Positions 30,913 to 42,426 of a stretch of 64,000 bases of DNA are shown piece after piece (the stretch's first letter is position 1; each line of letters begins with the position of its first letter). A model generated the notes under the pieces. That model was not told the origin of the DNA and ran no database searches. It saw only the letters and a program-made list of their open reading frames with translations. Source of the DNA: Fischerella sp. PCC 9605 (GTDB taxonomy: Bacteria > Cyanobacteriota > Cyanobacteriia > Cyanobacteriales > Nostocaceae); assembly GCF_000517105.1 (NCBI RefSeq), contig NZ_KI912148.1, positions 2,418,448 to 2,482,447 of the forward strand. The letters run 5' to 3'. Made by a program: the position numbers and the translations under genes.

Positions 30913-33094
30913 TACCCGAAACGTTACCATCCAATGGAAAATCAACAACTGTAGGTGCAGTACCATCTTGTTGATTTGCTCGTGGTTCGGTTGATTTTAC
31001 ATGCAATGGCGATATCACCTCACCTGACTTAGCTGTTTGATTCCACAAAATCATGGAAAGTAGCCCATCTACCAAGCCATTGGTGCTGCCGTTATTACCA
31101 CCGACTAACACATCTGGAATGAGACGGACGTGGCGATCGCCAATTATTTGCATCAGCTGCATCGCTGTATAACCTTGTGTCCCCAAGGCTTCTACACCTG
31201 TACGGTAGGTTTCTGCTTTGGCGTTACCTGTGGCGCGGATAGCTTCGGCTTCGGCAATGCTTTTCAGTCGTAGAGATTCAGCTTCAGCATTTGCTCTTAA
31301 CCGGATTGCCTCGGCTTCACCAGTCATTTCCTTGACTTTGGCATTCGCTTTGAGTTCGGCAATTTTCACGCCTTGCTCCGATCTCACCGCTTCTTGCTGA
31401 ATGTCTGCTTTTGCTTTCAACTCAGCGATCATCACACCCTGCTCAGATTTCACCATATCTTGCTGAATATCTGCCAAAGCTGTTTCTCTTACCAATTGCT
31501 GCCTTTGGGTTTGCGCCTGTTGCTGCACTTCAAAAGTCTTGCGCTGTTCTTCAGCAATTTTTCGGTCTGTTTGTGTTTGCATCAGCGTTGCTGGCGGTTG
31601 AATGTCACCAATGAGTGTGTCAATCGCCTGTACGTCATAAGCTCGTAGCGCTACTCTAATATAATCGGCGGCTTCTGCTTGCCGTTCACTGCGGGCGCTC
31701 AAAAAGTCCAATACAGTATAATCTTGCGCTGAGTTGCGGAAATAATTTCCAATCGTTGGTTCTAACACATGGTCTACTAAATTCTGCATTGCACCAACAC
31801 GGGAAATCACCTTGGGAGCATCCAAAGCACCGACGTGAATTATTTGGGCGACTTCTAAATCGAAAGCAAACCCGTCTCTTGAGCGCACTGTCAAAGAGCC
31901 AAGTTTCGCGTCATAGTTGTGACGTTCGGTGCGACCAGACCAGTTTAAAACTATATTGGTTGTTGGCACCAGTTCAATCTTCATGACACGAGTGTTAATT
32001 GGGTGCTTGCCTGGATATAGCGGTTCAACCCAGACACCTTTATGTCCAGAATTAACTAAGTTACCGTGGGTAAAAGCTGCACCGCTAACATCTTCGTGGG
32101 CCTTGCCAACAAAAGAAATCACCACACCCACATAGCCAATGGGAATTTCTGTCATCGGCACTTGCTCAACCTGGACAAACCAGGGATTCAGGTTCCAAGA
32201 ACCAGAAAGCAAAATCTGTTCTTGTAAACCCCGACGCCCACCACCATCAATAAATCTCTGTCCGTTCTGGAAGTTGTCGTGTGCGGCAATAATGGGGCCT
32301 GCAATTTCACCGCCGGGGATGGGGAGACCATCTAGGGTAGTGACGATACCTACTTTGTCACCTGCAACATGGTACACCCGCAAATATTCTGGACTCATGC
32401 CATGTTTGCTAGCGTTTGCGACAGTGATTACCTTAAACAAAGCGGTGTTGATGCGGTAAGTACCAGCTGTGAGAAAACCCATTTGCCGCCCTTTTTCCCC
32501 ACCATTACTGAGGAATTTGCGGGCATCTTGGAAATTGTCACATTCTACAACTTTACCTAAAATGCGCTCTGGCGGGATATGTGCGCCATCTTCCGCTACA
32601 AGCAGGGCAATTTCACCTTGGGGAACAACCACCACTGACTCTTTTTTTACCGAGTACTGCCAAGGCCAATAGCCCCAGTGCCAGCCAGGAGCGAGAGTAT
32701 CAGCCTGCAAACCCGCTTCGCCGTTCATGGCTATCAACCGTCCGGCTGGGAGTCCGCGTCCTGAAATCACAAATTTTTTAACTACAATCCCAACTTCCCG
32801 TTCGCCAATCACGACTAGTCCTCCGAAAAACAGAGGGACAAAGATCGCTAAACCACCTACAACAATAACGGGGATGAGTCCCCAAGGTGACATGGGAATT
32901 TGGGCGATCGCTGGTTGTGTCTGCTGAATTTGAGTTGGTACTGAAGCGATTTCTTGTGTAGTAGCTTTTTTAATAGGATTGGCGCTAGCAGTATGAATGC
33001 TACCAGCTAGCGCCAATGTTGCGATCGCAGATGCTGCGAAGCGAAGTATATTATGTTGCTTATTCCTGCTTGAGGAATGTTGTGAGAATTTCAT
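30908..33094 (-). CDS. Flotillin-like SPFH/band-7 protein (728 aa)
   Basis: N-terminal TM region, an SPFH domain, then a long Ala/Glu/Gln-rich flotillin-type coiled-coil (AEAEAIR ... AELKAKA repeats). Confidence 0.75.
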   Translation of the reverse strand: MKFSQHSSSRNKQHNILRFAASAIATLALAGSIHTASANPIKKATTQEIASVPTQIQQTQPAIAQIPMSPWGLIPVIVVGGLAIFVPLFFGGLVVIGEREVGIVVKKFVISGRGLPAGRLIAMNGEAGLQADTLAPGWHWGYWPWQYSVKKESVVVVPQGEIALLVAEDGAHIPPERILGKVVECDNFQDARKFLSNGGEKGRQMGFLTAGTYRINTALFKVITVANASKHGMSPEYLRVYHVAGDKVGIVTTLDGLPIPGGEIAGPIIAAHDNFQNGQRFIDGGGRRGLQEQILLSGSWNLNPWFVQVEQVPMTEIPIGYVGVVISFVGKAHEDVSGAAFTHGNLVNSGHKGVWVEPLYPGKHPINTRVMKIELVPTTNIVLNWSGRTERHNYDAKLGSLTVRSRDGFAFDLEVAQIIHVGALDAPKVISRVGAMQNLVDHVLEPTIGNYFRNSAQDYTVLDFLSARSERQAEAADYIRVALRAYDVQAIDTLIGDIQPPATLMQTQTDRKIAEEQRKTFEVQQQAQTQRQQLVRETALADIQQDMVKSEQGVMIAELKAKADIQQEAVRSEQGVKIAELKANAKVKEMTGEAEAIRLRANAEAESLRLKSIAEAEAIRATGNAKAETYRTGVEALGTQGYTAMQLMQIIGDRHVRLIPDVLVGGNNGSTNGLVDGLLSMILWNQTAKSGEVISPLHVKSTEPRANQQDGTAPTVVDFPLDGNVSGS

Positions 33095-33198
33095 ATTTTT
33101 GCCCCTCTGGGCAACTAATTATCTAACGTATAACTTCCCCAAGAATTCCCCTTATTTCTTAAACTTGTTCTAATTTTTATAAAAATTAATACTTCAGC

Positions 33199-33231
33199 AA
33201 TAACCCGGTCTCTCCAAGAAACCGGGTTATT
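33199..33231 (-). terminator. Rho-independent terminator hairpin for the atp operon
   Basis: Perfect 11 bp stem AATAACCCGGT / ACCGGGTTATT placed 2 nt after the atpC stop. Confidence 0.6.
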
Positions 33232-33233
33232 AA

Positions 33234-33647
33234 TTATACCATACCGCCAGCGGCTTGAAAACGAGCGCGGGCGCGTTTGAAGGCTTGGTTAGCTTGAATT
33301 TGAGCTTGGCGATCGCCTGCTGCTACCTGATTTAAACGGGTTTGTGCTTCATTAAAAGCAGCACGGGCTTCCTCAAGGTCAATTTTGTCGCCACGTTCAG
33401 CGCCGTTTACCAGAATGGTGACTTCGTCTGCTTCGACTTCAGCAAAGCCTCCCATCAAAGCGATCGGTGTCCAGGCTTGATTTTTAGCGGCACGTACTCG
33501 CATCACGCCCGTATCCAAAGCAGTCAACAGAGGTGCGTGTCCGGTGAGGATACCTAGCTGACCAGTGGTGCTGGGCAAAATGATTTCTTCAGCGGGAGCA
33601 TCCCACACTGTTTTATCTGGGGAAATTACACGAACGGTTAATGTCAT
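33234..33647 (-). CDS. atpC: ATP synthase F1 epsilon subunit
   Basis: [44 protein letters not shown]. Confidence 0.9.
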   Translation of the reverse strand: MTLTVRVISPDKTVWDAPAEEIILPSTTGQLGILTGHAPLLTALDTGVMRVRAAKNQAWTPIALMGGFAEVEADEVTILVNGAERGDKIDLEEARAAFNEAQTRLNQVAAGDRQAQIQANQAFKRARARFQAAGGMV

Positions 33648-33649
33648 TT

Positions 33650-33735
33650 GTCCTTTGTTAGTAGTTAGTTGTTAGTAGTTAGTTGTTAGTTGTTAGTAGC
33701 TCTTACCACTAACCACTAACCACTAACCACTAACT
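33650..33735. repeat. Heptamer hairpin array between atpD and atpC
   Basis: tgttagtagttagttgttagtagttagttgttagttgttagtagctcttaccactaaccactaaccactaaccactaac. Confidence 0.85.
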
Positions 33736-33737
33736 AA

Positions 33738-35249
<1,512 letters not shown>

Positions 35250-36344
35250 TCATCTTCAAGAGTAGCACTGAACGACGCCACTAGTCGGCATAAATTGAAT
35301 CTTAAGTTTGAGGTTTCAACAGTGGCGAGTAAGTTATGATCGGAAAGTTGAGGGCAGCGATAAATTTGAAAAAACTGCTGTATCTTGCTGATGCAGACAA
35401 AGTAGCTAGAGAAGTTGAGGATAAATTCTAGGTTTTAGCTGGGGCTTGCTATTACAATTTGAGCTTTTGGAGGGAATTAGCGCCAACTTCACAGAAGGCT
35501 AACAACCCTAAAAAAGTGGAAGGTTTGGGCACTGGTCAGAGCAAACGCATCTGAATATTAAAAGATTGATGCTCAAGGTGGAATTCCCTAACACTCCATC
35601 ATACGGGAGTTTCAGAAAATTAGGTAGGAACCAAAATAAGAATGATAATCCCTGTAGAGGGGGGAGTTGGTGGCAGCCGACGCCTGCCAAGCAATCCAGG
35701 TTCGTTTTTGTAGTAGATTCATTCTGTGCGGTAAACAAGAAGAACCAGATTATAGTTGAATGAAGCTCAAGCCCAAAATCACGATTTTTCAACTAGTAGT
35801 CTGCCACAAAGATTATGACAGGCTAAGGAAATCTGTAGTAAGCACCCTGCTCCAAAAGATGGAGGTGGTTTCCAAATCGATATATCTTTTCACGATTTCT
35901 GTGGAGACGGACAGCTTTACACAACGATCGAAGATTTACTACTTTGGGATCGAAACTTCTATCACAATATCTTAGGTAGCGGAGGACAAGATTTAATTGA
36001 AGAGGTAAGTACTCCACGCAAACTCAATAATGGCTCAGTTATATCAGGTGCATTTGGGTTGCAAATTGGCGATCGCGGTTGAAGATTTAAATGAGCGATC
36101 GCTAGCTAGTCAGTATATTCTCATTCTCAAAGTAGAATGAAGTTAAGCCCTGTGAAACTCAAACCGAAAATCACGATAAAGGTGCTAGTGACAAACTGAG
36201 CATACACATTATTGTCATTTGAGCAAGCTAAAAAACAGCCCTCTCCGCAGAGCAGCAGAGAGAGCAAAGCCATGCCATTTCACTTATTTATGAAATACAC
36301 TTAGTCTACAGGCAATTTCGCAAAGTAATGCAAAAAAATTAGAT

Positions 36345-37940
36345 TCAAAAGCTCAAAGTTGTCCGAATTGTACCAACAACGATAGTGCTGTTGTCGCGTT
36401 CGTATTCTGGGTTTGTAATCACCAGCACTCCCGGTGTAATGGCGAGATTCTCGTTTGCCTGGAAGCGCCAGAAGGCTTCTAGATGCACAGATGTGTCCCG
36501 ATCTTCGTACGTCTGACCTGCAACTTCAAAGTCATTACTAGTAACTTTGGGTGGTTGACCAATGGCAATTCCGCCAACGCTTCCTTCTTGACCTAAATCG
36601 ACCAAAGCTAAAGTCAGCGCCCAATTAAAAATACTCGCCGTCGGATGATTTGGCAGATCCTTTGCTGTAGCACGGGTAAAGCCCACCCAACCAGTCAGAT
36701 AAAGCTTGGGGTTAAACGCGATCGCTGTTTCTAAGCCAAAGGAATCTGCACTTATGGCATCGCTTTCGTCATTAAACGGATCGTTGGCGCGGCGGCTACC
36801 TGTTCCCGTATCGAGGCTGTTGTAGGAGTGGATGTAGGTAATCGCAAAACCGACATCATCATTGGGTTCGAGACTTAGTTGGGCGATCGCTCCGTATGCT
36901 GCTTTACCAAATCCAGTTTCTGGTTCATCAACATCGTCAGTTACATAACCCAAACTTAAGCCCCAGGAGTCAGTGATATCATAGACTACTCCTACTCCTG
37001 CGCCTCCTCCCTGTCGGGAAACGGGGTTGCGCTGGGTAAAGCGGGAAATAGAGCCATCACCACTGCCGCTAAAAAAGGAATTAAGGGTAGTAGCAAAAAA
37101 GTCGTCAAGGTCGCCACCTTCTGCTATGAGATAAACAAGAGCTTGCTCTCCTACCGGAAAACGATACTCTAAGACACTCAGTCCTACCTCATGATCGTCG
37201 TTGCCCTGGAAGGCTAAACGAGCCATATCAGTTCCCGTCGCATCATCTATTTTTGGAAGATTGGTAGTTTGCAAGCGAGTTCTGAGGCGGTCTTTGCCAG
37301 TGAAACTAGTATCGAAGGTTAGACGTGCTCGGCTACCAAAGGTAAGATTATTATCGATGGCATCGCCTGAGTCATCAGCTTTGTCACCGTTGCTAACTCC
37401 AGTCAGGGCAAAAAGAACTTCTCCCTCAAGTTTAGTAGTCGTAGAAAATGATTGTATTGTAGAGACGCGGGTTTGCAAGTTGTCTAATCGTCCTTGTATA
37501 ATGCCTAACTCGTAGACAAATTCCGCTTGCAAACGTTTGATCGTTTCTAGATCCTCCCGGCTGACCGAGTTAGATTTTTCTGTGTCGATCAGTTGATTGA
37601 TTTGGTAGATGGTAGCAGCAAGACTGGCAGCAAATTCATAGCGAGTCATGCTTCGATCGCCACTAAAGGTGGCATGAGCATAACCTGTAACATCGTAGCG
37701 ATCTATTAAAGATTTCAAAGCATGAAAAGCCCAGTCACTCGGTTGAATATCTGCTAAGTCAGATACAGCATTTACATTAACGGAGGGTTGGCTGGAGTTT
37801 GAGATTGTGAGAACAGAGGAGGAGTAAGGGAGAACTTTGTTACCAAAAGCCCTCTCTGAGAGTGAAAAGATAATTGTGAGAGCAAACAAGCTCACATGGC
37901 AAAAATTGCAGACTAATTGTGCTTTCCATTGATTTTTCAT
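36345..37940 (-). CDS. SLH domain + OprB-family porin (iron uptake porin type)
   Basis: Signal peptide, an SLH domain (DIQPSDWAFHALKSLIDRYDVTGY ... RYEFAASLA), a coiled-coil linker and a C-terminal beta-barrel ending in F. First ATG at 37940. Confidence 0.8.
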   Translation of the reverse strand: MKNQWKAQLVCNFCHVSLFALTIIFSLSERAFGNKVLPYSSSVLTISNSSQPSVNVNAVSDLADIQPSDWAFHALKSLIDRYDVTGYAHATFSGDRSMTRYEFAASLAATIYQINQLIDTEKSNSVSREDLETIKRLQAEFVYELGIIQGRLDNLQTRVSTIQSFSTTTKLEGEVLFALTGVSNGDKADDSGDAIDNNLTFGSRARLTFDTSFTGKDRLRTRLQTTNLPKIDDATGTDMARLAFQGNDDHEVGLSVLEYRFPVGEQALVYLIAEGGDLDDFFATTLNSFFSGSGDGSISRFTQRNPVSRQGGGAGVGVVYDITDSWGLSLGYVTDDVDEPETGFGKAAYGAIAQLSLEPNDDVGFAITYIHSYNSLDTGTGSRRANDPFNDESDAISADSFGLETAIAFNPKLYLTGWVGFTRATAKDLPNHPTASIFNWALTLALVDLGQEGSVGGIAIGQPPKVTSNDFEVAGQTYEDRDTSVHLEAFWRFQANENLAITPGVLVITNPEYERDNSTIVVGTIRTTLSF

Positions 37941-37958
37941 CCACAGCAAACTATTTTT

Positions 37959-38930
37959 TCAGTGACCGTAATAATCTCTATACCACTTAACGAAACACTG
38001 AATACCCTCCTCAATAGGTGTTATTGGTTTAAAACCCACATCTTGCATTAAATCATCTATGTCCGCGTAAGTGCTGAGAACATCCCCCGGTTGCATGGGT
38101 AGCAAGTTCTTTTTGGCTTGCTTGCCCAAAGCTTGTTCAATCACTTCAATAAACCTGATTAACTCTACTGGATTGTTATTACCAATGTTATAAAGCTTGT
38201 AAGGAGCAACAGATTGTTTTTGAGGTGGCTTGTGCATTACCCGAACCAGCCCTTCAACCACATCATCAATATAGGTAAAGTCCCGCTGCATCTTCCCAAA
38301 GTTGTAAACATCAATGGGCTGATCTTTATAGATTGCTTGCACAAATTTGAAGTATGCCATGTCCGGGCGTCCCCAAGGGCCGTACACTGTAAAGAAACGC
38401 AACCCTGTAGTTGGCAGATTATACAGATGGCTGTAGGCATGAGCCATTAATTCGTTTGACTTTTTTGTGGCAGCGTAGAGTGAAATCGGATTGTCTACTT
38501 TGTCACTAGTGGCAAAGGGTACTTTCGTATTCGCGCCATAAACAGAACTGGAAGAAGCAAACACTAAATGACCGACTTGGCTGTGACGACAACCTTCCAG
38601 CACGTTGGCAAAACCTGAAAGATTGCTATCTACGTAGGCAAAGGGGTTTTGTAGTGAATAGCGCACTCCTGCTTGCGCTGCTAAGTGAATCACGCAATCA
38701 AAGGTGTGGTCTTGAAAGAGTTTGGCAGTGCTGGGGCGATCGCTCAATTCCAACAACTGAAAGGTAAATTTCGACTGCGGTTGTAACTCTGCCAACCGTG
38801 CTTTTTTCAGATTGACATCGTAGTAGTCGCTTAAATTATCGATGCCATAGACGTACACCCCTTCTGCTAGAAGACGTTGCGCGAGATGAAATCCTATAAA
38901 GCCAGCAACTCCAGTGACCAGTACTTTCAT
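37959..38930 (-). CDS. NAD-dependent UDP-glucuronate 4-epimerase-type epimerase/dehydratase
   Basis: MKVLVTGVAGFIGFHL Rossmann motif and the YAATK catalytic motif, with overall similarity to GalE/Cap1J-type UDP-GlcA epimerases. Confidence 0.8.
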   Translation of the reverse strand: MKVLVTGVAGFIGFHLAQRLLAEGVYVYGIDNLSDYYDVNLKKARLAELQPQSKFTFQLLELSDRPSTAKLFQDHTFDCVIHLAAQAGVRYSLQNPFAYVDSNLSGFANVLEGCRHSQVGHLVFASSSSVYGANTKVPFATSDKVDNPISLYAATKKSNELMAHAYSHLYNLPTTGLRFFTVYGPWGRPDMAYFKFVQAIYKDQPIDVYNFGKMQRDFTYIDDVVEGLVRVMHKPPQKQSVAPYKLYNIGNNNPVELIRFIEVIEQALGKQAKKNLLPMQPGDVLSTYADIDDLMQDVGFKPITPIEEGIQCFVKWYRDYYGH

Positions 38931-39030
38931 TGTTAGTTGTTTGGTGTTAGTTGTTTGGTGTTAGTTGTTTGGTGTTTGGTGTTTGTTCCAATCACAACCA
39001 ACCACCAACAACCAACAAACAACAAAATTT
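38931..39030. repeat. Heptamer hairpin array
   Basis: tgttagttgtttggtgttagttgtttggtgttagttgtttggtgtttggtgtttgttccaatcacaaccaaccaccaacaaccaacaaacaacaa. Confidence 0.85.
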
Positions 39031-40241
39031 TAATGTAACTCAGTACTAGAAATATTCAACGCCTGAAGCACAGGTTTGCGATGAGCAACAGGATAGTGAA
39101 CAATACTCATGGTTCCAGAGATTAGTTGTAAATTCTCCTGTTGGTCTGCTGACAGCTCCAGGACTTGACCCAACATCTGTTGGATGATCGTATCATCAGC
39201 AACTACCAATCCTGTGGTGAGACTGGTAGAGTCGATGCTACAAGATTGAATGGTTTGTTGCCAAAGCCGAGGGAAGTCTAGCCGCAATGTTTGCAGGTGA
39301 ACAGTGCTTGGGTGGTACTGAAGAATTTTTTCAGCAATATGTTGGTTTTTGTCAAAGTCAGTACTAATGCAAAAAGCGATCGCCTCTTTGTGAAGAAACA
39401 CCGCGAGTTTCTCGATAGAATTCGGATTTGCTCCCGAAGATGGTACTAACAATAGACGCAGACCATGTTTGCCTTCTTTAAGTTTCGGTAAAACTTCTCC
39501 TAAATGGGTAGTGAAGTTCATTGCTTCTAGCTTTGCCGATTGATCAAAAGGGTGAGAAAATTTGAGGATGCTAACGCCGCAATTAGATTGCTGGAGAGTA
39601 TGGTAGCGTGCGGGTGAGAGTGCGATCGCAGTACCGATTAAGGCACGAATCGTCCCAGCATGGCTCACTATCAGTACAGTTTGCCCTGCATGACGCGGTA
39701 AAATCTCTTGCCAAAATCGGCCAGCTTTTTCATACAAATCCAATACTGGAAAAAACTGTTTTGTTCTTGGTGGTTTATTATCTTTTATTTGTAAGGAAGT
39801 TGTAGCTTTTGCCAATAACAAATGACTAGTAACAAATGACGAATCTATGAATGCAAACTCATGAGGTTTTTCTTTCCAGCAACGATACTCTTCAACAAAA
39901 TGCTCGCGTACATATTCAAAAGATAAACTCTCCCACCCAGGCATACTGATTTCTTGCAAACAGGGATGAGTTTGTAAGGGTATGTCTTTGGCGAATGCCT
40001 GCAAAATATCCTTAGCAGTCTCTTGAGTGCGTCGTAAAGGGCTAGTATAAATTGCATCTACAGAATAGGTTTTTAAGGCTACGCCAGTTTGGTAGGCAGA
40101 CTGATGGCCTTTGTCAGTCAAAACAGAGTCATCACAACTGCCCTGATATCGTTTTTGGGCGTTGTATGTACTTTGACCGTGACGTACTAAGATGACGCGA
40201 AGTTGTTTGTGAGCCAGCGCGGTCTTGGGGGTTCCCCCCAT
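39030..40241 (-). CDS. Histidine phosphatase (phosphoglycerate-mutase-like) family protein, two tandem domains
   Basis: VRHGQSTYN (the RHG motif), and a second copy around VSHAGTIRALI. Start uncertain. The only in-frame ATG near RHG (40239-40241) lies inside a dispersed repeat copy. Confidence 0.65.
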   Translation of the reverse strand: MGGTPKTALAHKQLRVILVRHGQSTYNAQKRYQGSCDDSVLTDKGHQSAYQTGVALKTYSVDAIYTSPLRRTQETAKDILQAFAKDIPLQTHPCLQEISMPGWESLSFEYVREHFVEEYRCWKEKPHEFAFIDSSFVTSHLLLAKATTSLQIKDNKPPRTKQFFPVLDLYEKAGRFWQEILPRHAGQTVLIVSHAGTIRALIGTAIALSPARYHTLQQSNCGVSILKFSHPFDQSAKLEAMNFTTHLGEVLPKLKEGKHGLRLLLVPSSGANPNSIEKLAVFLHKEAIAFCISTDFDKNQHIAEKILQYHPSTVHLQTLRLDFPRLWQQTIQSCSIDSTSLTTGLVVADDTIIQQMLGQVLELSADQQENLQLISGTMSIVHYPVAHRKPVLQALNISSTELH

Positions 40242-40395
40242 GAGCGACTGCGAACCCGGAGGGTTGGTTGTTGGTTGTTGTTTGTTCATGGTTTTTTTAT
40301 GAACTATTAACTACTACCCACTAACCACTAACTACTAACCAATGTACAGACGTGCCATGGCACGTCTCTACAACCACTAACCACTAACCACATAA
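40200..40395. repeat. Composite: GC-rich dispersed element copy (40207-40265) + heptamer array + 30 bp near-palindrome (copy 2, inverted, 40343-40372)
   Basis: tgtgagccagcgcggtcttgggggttccccccatgagcgactgcgaacccggagggttgg and ccaatgtacagacgtgccatggcacgtctctacaaccactaacc. Confidence 0.85.
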
Positions 40396-42233
40396 GCATC
40401 ATCCTCGCGGGAATCTTCGCCGATCGCAGACTGCAAAGCATACATTGCCGCATACCGTCCGCCTAAGCGTATCAGTTCGGCGTGAGTACCTTGTTCTAAA
40501 ATCTGTCCGCCTTCGATGTAAAGAATAAAATCAGCTTGGACAACTGGTTTGAGGTTATGGGAAATTAAAAAGGTGGTGCGTCCCTTGGTCAAGCGTTCTA
40601 GTGCTTCGTTGACAGCGTGTTCGTTTTCTTTGTCTAAACCTGTCGTAGGTTCATCTAAAATGACTATGGGAGCTTGACGCACAGCCGCACGAGCGATCGC
40701 AATTCTTTGTCTTTGTCCGCCAGACAGAGTTGCCCCCCGTTCACCAAGGATAGTGTCGTAGCCTTCTGGCATTGCCATAATAAAATCGTGGGCATTTGCC
40801 AGACGGGCAGCTTGTTCAATTTCTCGATCGGAAGCTCCCAAACTACCGTATGCAATGTTATCTCTTACACTGGTTGCAAAGAGAATACTATCTTGCAAGA
40901 CAACGCTGATTTGTCGCCGCAAAGATTGAAGTTTGTACCCCCGCAAGTCGTGTCCATCCACTAAAATTCTCCCTTCTACTGGGTCATAGAGACGCAACAG
41001 CAAACTCACCAAAGTAGATTTACCGCCCCCCGAGGGTCCCACCAAGGCGACGTGCTGACCAGGATGTACCTCAAAAGTAAAGTGTCTTAATATACCTTTT
41101 TTTGGTTCGTAGGCAAAGGAAACATTTTCAAACTGTACATATCCCTGCAAAGGTGGCGCATCCTTTGCCCCGCGTGCATCGCGAATGTCGGGTACGGTGT
41201 CCAGCACGTCTAAGATACGTTCGCCAGAAGCGGTAGCTTTGGCAATTTGCCCAGTATACTTGGCGAGTTGCCGCATCGGTTTAAAGGCAATCCGCAGATA
41301 GTTGACAAATACCAACAAATCCCCTGGAGTGAGAGACCGCACCAACACCAGCTGCACTCCTCGCCATAAAACTAAGGCAACAGAAATCCCCACAAGCAGT
41401 TCCACCATCCGTTCTAGACCTGCTGCTAGTCGTTGTGCTTTGGCACTGTCTTTTAAGCTTTGGCGGTTGTGGCTGAAAAAGGAATCCTCCAGCATATCTT
41501 GTAGGGAAAGCGCCTGCACAATCTTGATCGCACCGATAGATTCTGCCGCAGTTGCAGCCATTGCTCCCTCGCGTTGGCGCTGCTGGCGTACGACCTGCCG
41601 AATGCGTTTGGTCAGGCGTATCGTGGAAAATATGAATAAGGGAAACACAGCAATGGCTATCAGTGCGAGTTCCCAATGCAGCCAGAACATGACGGCAATC
41701 ATGCCGACTAAAGTGAAAGAGTGGGCAAGTAGGGGCATAACTGCCATTACCGTCACTTCCCGCATTCGATCAATGTCAGAGGTAACGCGGGTGATCAGGT
41801 CGCCACTTTTAGCCTTGTGATGGAAAGATAGGGAGAGGCGCTGGAGGTGGCTGTAGAGATCGGCGCGAATTTCGGTGAGGACATTGGTTGCTGCTAGGGA
41901 CATGCCAACAACGCTGAAGTAAGCAGCAGTCGCGCGGAGTGCAGCGATCGCTACTAATCCTACTGTCAAGGCTGTCAGCAAGGCAAATGGGCTGAGTCCG
42001 TCAATGAAGGGTATGCCAAAAGGCTTGGTTCTAAAACCAGGTAGAAGGATGTAGTCAAAAATGAACTTCAGGGGCCAGGGTTCTAGTAAGTGCAAGAAAA
42101 TTTCTGCCATTAGTGCGGCAAAGGAGACTATTAGCAGGAACTTCTGTTTCTGGATCTGCGGTGAGAACCGCCGCAAAATCCGTACTATTCCTGGCAAGGC
42201 TGCCCTCAAATTTTTGCGATCGGGACGCGCCAT
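40377..42233 (-). CDS. ABC transporter, fused permease/ATPase (type I exporter)
   Basis: Six-TM N-terminal domain, Walker A GPSGGGKST, ABC signature LSGGQRQRIAIARA, Walker B ILDEPT. Confidence 0.85.
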   Translation of the reverse strand: MARPDRKNLRAALPGIVRILRRFSPQIQKQKFLLIVSFAALMAEIFLHLLEPWPLKFIFDYILLPGFRTKPFGIPFIDGLSPFALLTALTVGLVAIAALRATAAYFSVVGMSLAATNVLTEIRADLYSHLQRLSLSFHHKAKSGDLITRVTSDIDRMREVTVMAVMPLLAHSFTLVGMIAVMFWLHWELALIAIAVFPLFIFSTIRLTKRIRQVVRQQRQREGAMAATAAESIGAIKIVQALSLQDMLEDSFFSHNRQSLKDSAKAQRLAAGLERMVELLVGISVALVLWRGVQLVLVRSLTPGDLLVFVNYLRIAFKPMRQLAKYTGQIAKATASGERILDVLDTVPDIRDARGAKDAPPLQGYVQFENVSFAYEPKKGILRHFTFEVHPGQHVALVGPSGGGKSTLVSLLLRLYDPVEGRILVDGHDLRGYKLQSLRRQISVVLQDSILFATSVRDNIAYGSLGASDREIEQAARLANAHDFIMAMPEGYDTILGERGATLSGGQRQRIAIARAAVRQAPIVILDEPTTGLDKENEHAVNEALERLTKGRTTFLISHNLKPVVQADFILYIEGGQILEQGTHAELIRLGGRYAAMYALQSAIGEDSREDDAYVVSG

Positions 42234-42274
42234 TTTGATTTATCTTCCTCCTTGAGTTTTAGGTATAAACGAAC

Positions 42275-42420
42275 GACAAAGGACGCATAGACGCGCAGCG
42301 GTGAACCAGCGCGCTCCAAAGGGGGTTCCCCCCATGTAGACGCCCGCAGGGCGGTTAAGGCAGGGTACGACTGGTGTAGACGCGCGCAGCGCGGTGAGAC
42401 CAGCCCCCCAGAAGGCTTCT
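42275..42420. repeat. GC-rich dispersed repeat cluster (GTAGACGCGCGCAGCGCGG x3 variants + GGGGGTTCCCCCCATG core)
   Basis: catagacgcgcagcggtgaaccagcgcgctccaaagggggttccccccatgtagacgcccgcagggcggttaaggcagggtacgactggtgtagacgcgcgcagcgcggtgagaccagcccccc. Confidence 0.85.
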
Positions 42421-42426
42421 GCCGAA

